A model generated the notes under the pieces. It saw only the letters and a list, made by a program, of their open reading frames with translations. It did not search any database and had not been told where the DNA came from. DNA of 64,000 nt. It comes from Candidatus Bathyarchaeota archaeon (lineage in GTDB: Archaea; Thermoproteota; Bathyarchaeia; 40CM-2-53-6; RBG-13-38-9). How positions within the stretch are numbered: position 1 is the stretch's first letter; every line of letters begins with the position of its first letter. The stretch is from the NCBI GenBank assembly GCA_963807605.1, contig CAWECG010000004.1, positions 416,001-480,000 on the forward strand, in the 5' to 3' direction. Of this stretch, positions 60,207-64,000 are shown in pieces. The position numbers were made by a program, and so were the translations under genes.

Positions 60207-61256
60207 GTGGAACAAGACATCTGCAAGATGCGGACATGGCGAGGGTTATTGGGAGAAGATCTTTACAGGCTCCTGCGTCCCAAATTTGAATTACCGTATA
60301 CCCAATACCCTGGCAAGGTAAATGAAGTCCGAATTGGCAATATTCCCCCTACTGGGACAAGGAATTACACCATAACTCTTGGCGGGAGCAGAGATCTCCC
60401 GTTCTTCAGCGATCCAACAAGAGTAGTTGAGAGACCTAGGCTTGCTATGCGGGTTCAGACCTCACCAGCCGATATTCCAGCGACGGTATTGATGGCGCTG
60501 GGTGACCGAGCAAATCATCCAGTTGCATGGGCAAGATTCTGTATCGAGGAGTGCGGCGCTGAAATAATCGAGATTAAGTTCAGTCTGCCGGACAGGACTC
60601 TGAGCAATGAGTCTCTCAAGGAGTATGCGAACCTCTCACAACAACTCGTGAATGAATTTGATGTGCCCCTCATTTTTTCAGGCCCAGATGTTAAAGAGGC
60701 AGACCACCTGATCCTAGAGGCTGTTGCCAACGCAGTCAAGGGAGAACGAGTATTGCTGGCATCGGCACGACCAGAGAACGACTATACTAGAATAGCCAAA
60801 GCAGCAATTGACAATCAGCATCTGATTCTTGCACACACTGACTGCGATCCGCCATCACAAAAGATGCTAAATGACAGATTGTTGAATCTCGGCCTTTCCC
60901 ACGACCAGATTGTCATCGATCCTACAACCGCTGCTCTCGGTTACGGCCTCGAATACTCGCTCTCAATAACTGAACAGATCAGGTTGAATGCACTGAAAGG
61001 TGACCAGAGCCTTCAGATGCCAATAGCCGCATTCCCACTCAACAGCTGGACAGCTAGGGAGGCGAATTTTGAAGATGCACGGTATGGCGACCTTCAGTCA
61101 AGAGGGATCATCTGGGAGCTTACGACATCTCTTGCGATGTTCCTTGCAGGCGCTGAACTTCTCGTGCTGCTGCACCCGGAATCAGTTAGACGATTTAAAC
61201 TCATGACTAAAGAAGTCGGATTGGCTGAGCCCCGGGACATTGGAAAGGGAGCTTGA
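60207..61256 (+). CDS. cdhD: Corrinoid Fe-S protein small subunit
   Basis: VIDPTTAALGYGLEYS, IRL.AL.GD..LQMP, W.ARE, WE, LHP. Confidence 0.88.
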   Translation: MEQDICKMRTWRGLLGEDLYRLLRPKFELPYTQYPGKVNEVRIGNIPPTGTRNYTITLGGSRDLPFFSDPTRVVERPRLAMRVQTSPADIPATVLMALGDRANHPVAWARFCIEECGAEIIEIKFSLPDRTLSNESLKEYANLSQQLVNEFDVPLIFSGPDVKEADHLILEAVANAVKGERVLLASARPENDYTRIAKAAIDNQHLILAHTDCDPPSQKMLNDRLLNLGLSHDQIVIDPTTAALGYGLEYSLSITEQIRLNALKGDQSLQMPIAAFPLNSWTAREANFEDARYGDLQSRGIIWELTTSLAMFLAGAELLVLLHPESVRRFKLMTKEVGLAEPRDIGKGA

Positions 61257-61264
61257 GCTCATAG

Positions 61265-62623
61265 ATGCCTCAAAAACCCTCTCTGCTTAGCCTTTACGGA
61301 AACTTGCCAAAGAAGAACTGTAATGAGTGTGGCTTTCCTACTTGCATGGCTTTTGCCGCCGCGATACTTGAAGGAAAGGTCAGGCTTGCGGACTGCCCCT
61401 ACATCTCAGAGGAGGAGAAGACGCTAATAGAGGGTTTGATTGCGGCTCCGGTTGCTAAGCTCGTATTCGGCAAGAGAAAACCGCTGGCAATTGGTGACGC
61501 GAGGGTAATGCATCGTCACGAACTCAAGTTTTACAATCCTACAGCTATCGCAGTCGAGTTATCTGATTCTTACAATGAGACCAAACTGGAAACTGCCATC
61601 AAGAAGGCCCTTGATGTTAAAGTGGAGAGGCTAGGCGAGACCTACAGCATCGACGCATTCGCGATTAGATCAGATTCTGGAGATGCCCAATCATTCGCTG
61701 AGGCTACAAGTCAGATAATCAAGACCATAGACCACCCACTCATATTGAATTGCTGGGACCCCACAATCCTTGAGGCGGGACTTGAAGCCTGTGGCGACGA
61801 AATCCCCCTCATCTTTGCGGCGACGAAAGAGACTCTTGAATCGTACGTAGACCTTGCAAAGGGTCATGACGCCCCGCTTGTGGTTGCCAATGAAGACCTA
61901 GGTGAAATCAGGCTAATGGCAAAGAGGGCTTCAGACAGTGGTTTGAAGGTCGCATTGTACCCTATCACCATGTCGTTCCAGGAGACGCTGAAAAGCTGTA
62001 TCACGATAAGGAGGGGAGCTATCGAAAACAAAATTCAGGAGTTCGGGCATCCACTCATCGGAGTTCCAGCCTCACTAACGGGAAAAATTGACTCCTCCAA
62101 AGAGCTCTGGTGGCGCGAGTCTCTGGTCGCTTCGGCTCTGGTTTTCAGATATTCTGACGCACTAATCATCAAGCAAGCGGAGATCGAAACGCTCCTCCCA
62201 GTAATTACTCTCCGCCAAGGAGTCTTCTCCGATCCTAAGGTTCCTGCAAAAGTCAAACCAGGACTCTACAGATGCGGCTCACCTAATAGAAGCTCACCAG
62301 TCCTGCTCACAGTCAACTATGCCCTAACCTACTATTTAGTCACCGCAGACATAGACAAGGCCGGAATACACTGCCACCTGCTTGTGGTCGACACTGGAGG
62401 TATGTCCGTGCTGAACGCTCTAGCCGGCGGACAACTCAAACCAGAGACGGTGTCGGAAGTGATCAAACAGACAGGACTGGAATCGACAGTAAGTCACAAG
62501 AAGCTGATCATACCCGGCTTAGCTGCTAGGCTTCGCAGCGAGATAGAGGACCTAAGTGGCTGGGAGGTCCTCGCGGGACCCGTTGAGTCCAGAGACATAC
62601 CTCTCTTCCTCCAAAAAAAATAG
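61265..62623 (+). CDS. cdhE: Corrinoid Fe-S protein large subunit
   Basis: LPKKNCNECGFPTCMAFA..CP, HRHE, SPVLLT.NYALTY, GP.ESRDIP. Confidence 0.9.
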   Translation: MPQKPSLLSLYGNLPKKNCNECGFPTCMAFAAAILEGKVRLADCPYISEEEKTLIEGLIAAPVAKLVFGKRKPLAIGDARVMHRHELKFYNPTAIAVELSDSYNETKLETAIKKALDVKVERLGETYSIDAFAIRSDSGDAQSFAEATSQIIKTIDHPLILNCWDPTILEAGLEACGDEIPLIFAATKETLESYVDLAKGHDAPLVVANEDLGEIRLMAKRASDSGLKVALYPITMSFQETLKSCITIRRGAIENKIQEFGHPLIGVPASLTGKIDSSKELWWRESLVASALVFRYSDALIIKQAEIETLLPVITLRQGVFSDPKVPAKVKPGLYRCGSPNRSSPVLLTVNYALTYYLVTADIDKAGIHCHLLVVDTGGMSVLNALAGGQLKPETVSEVIKQTGLESTVSHKKLIIPGLAARLRSEIEDLSGWEVLAGPVESRDIPLFLQKK

Positions 62624-62721
62624 AACTGAGATCGAAGACGCTCTTGGAATGGGGTCTCAAGTGACTAGACCTGCAGTTAGCTTCAACTAGTATGGTGGTC
62701 TAAAGAGAACTCGGGAAGCAT

Positions 62722-63234
62722 ATGACCGTTACAGTAGTTCATGATCTTGATTTCCCTATCTACTCTAGGAAAACATGCCTCAGAAGAATCTACTGGCTAG
62801 TCTATTACCTTCTACTCGGCTGGTCTGTAAGATTTCGAAGAAGAATTCCTGATTGGTTTTTACTAGAAAAATACTATTACGCACTCGCTTTAGCAAAGAT
62901 CGACGAACTACTCGAGGCCAAAGCCTTCTTCGGCCTCACGAAAGAAGTGCAGGAATTGTTTCCAGATCTCAAGCGCAGATTGGAGGAGATGGGCTTCGAG
63001 GTCAGGAATCACTATCACGTCAAAGGTCCGCCTGAGTATGGCAAGGGAAGATGGGATCCACCTCTTCCCCCAGTGCCCAAGAAGTATGCGACCTACGATC
63101 GGAGATACACCTTCTTGGGCGATAGAGAACTCCCCCCTCACGGCGCCATCGTTGCTTGGCACGTAGACCATCCACTCAACCTTTACGACTATCTCGATTT
63201 TGTTGTGAGCTGCAAGAAGGTAGGCAAAATGTAA
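62722..63234 (+). CDS. Hypothetical protein, possibly polysaccharide-deacetylase-like
   Basis: HDLD, EVRNH, WHVDH. Confidence 0.45.
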   Translation: MTVTVVHDLDFPIYSRKTCLRRIYWLVYYLLLGWSVRFRRRIPDWFLLEKYYYALALAKIDELLEAKAFFGLTKEVQELFPDLKRRLEEMGFEVRNHYHVKGPPEYGKGRWDPPLPPVPKKYATYDRRYTFLGDRELPPHGAIVAWHVDHPLNLYDYLDFVVSCKKVGKM

Positions 63235-63356
63235 GTCTTGGACCTTTCTCTCTATCAACGCTTTCCGCTACCAAGATCGGACTGAATCAACCAGGTCTGT
63301 TCATCATAGGTAAACTTGAAAATGGACAACCCTATACTCCAGTGTGATGAAAAGGC

Positions 63357-63950
63357 ATGTTTGAAAGTTTTCTGCAAGAACTTCTCAAAGCGACTATCGC
63401 GTTACTCATAGTCGTTGATCCTCTAGGAAATGTGCCGATCTTCATTTCTCTCACAAAAAGCTTGCCTAAGGGTGACCGAAAAAGAGTCTTCAACACCGCA
63501 ACCGTAGTAGCCTTTGTTATTGCAATCGTTATCGTCCTCGGCGGTCAGCAAATCCTGAAGCTCTTCGGAATAGACATCTACAGCTTCATGATAGCTGGAG
63601 GAATCCTGCTGGGATTCGTAGCAATGAAGATACTAGTATATGGAGAGTGGTTGGAGGTGTCAGAGTCCAAAGAGGAGATTGGGGCAGTTCCCATAGCATT
63701 CCCCCTCCTTATAGGTCCAGGTGCAATAACTACACTTCTGGTCTTCCATGAAACCTCCGGCGTTGCTATCGCAGTCCTCTCCGTGCTGATAGTCACTATT
63801 ATTACCAGGTTAGTAATGCAATTCGTAGATACCATCTATCGAATTCTAGGCAAGATTGGCTCCGTTGTAATCGCCAGATTGATGGCCGTATTCATTACGG
63901 CGATAGCTATTGAGTTCATCATAACAGGAATAAAGCACTCCTTCCCCTGA
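63357..63950 (+). CDS. MarC family membrane protein
   Basis: VDPLGNVPIF, IAGGILL, VPIAFPLLIGPGAIT. Confidence 0.92.
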   Translation: MFESFLQELLKATIALLIVVDPLGNVPIFISLTKSLPKGDRKRVFNTATVVAFVIAIVIVLGGQQILKLFGIDIYSFMIAGGILLGFVAMKILVYGEWLEVSESKEEIGAVPIAFPLLIGPGAITTLLVFHETSGVAIAVLSVLIVTIITRLVMQFVDTIYRILGKIGSVVIARLMAVFITAIAIEFIITGIKHSFP

Positions 63951-64000
63951 AGAGCTACTGCCACATATGACGATTAAGCGAAGCTGTGACATCCTCCCAC

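Overview
Archaeal (TACK-type, probably Bathyarchaeia-like; lineage inferred, not determined) genomic window with three parts. (1) 1-23.7 kb is mostly core genome. It holds the PolB 5' end, an RsmB-type methyltransferase, and a 10.3-kb operon linking HdrB, a stand-alone HdrC-like tail, a minimal group 4 [NiFe]-hydrogenase, an LbpA/GcvH-type lipoyl carrier and a GlcD/GlcF dehydrogenase. Agmatinase, GT2 glycosyltransferases, topA, class I lysS and a tRNA-Arg(GCG) with a non-canonical 29/30 BHB intron follow. (2) About 23.7-56.8 kb is a tyrosine-integrase island starting at the tRNA. It is punctuated by a dozen or more co-oriented 3'-end fragments of several different tRNAs, some in an ~100-bp-period array, and by duplicated non-coding spacers. 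These fragments bound the functional modules: nucleases/surface proteins/debris; Lrp plus urease operon (with an internal chaperonin) plus urea transporter; pdxST plus a threonine-synthase/PadR fusion lacking the catalytic Lys; and the full trp operon. (3) 56.8-64 kb holds an ABC-2 exporter, DUF2153, cdhD/cdhE and MarC. Top leads: the tRNA-tail-delimited cassette array; a putative B6-sensing ThrC(K->M)-PadR regulator with a 38-bp palindrome between divergent genes; a prfB-like CUU-UGG +1 shift site that could make trpE translation depend on Trp starvation; and the Hdr/hydrogenase/lipoyl-carrier operon. All family calls come from motif recognition by eye; no searches were run.
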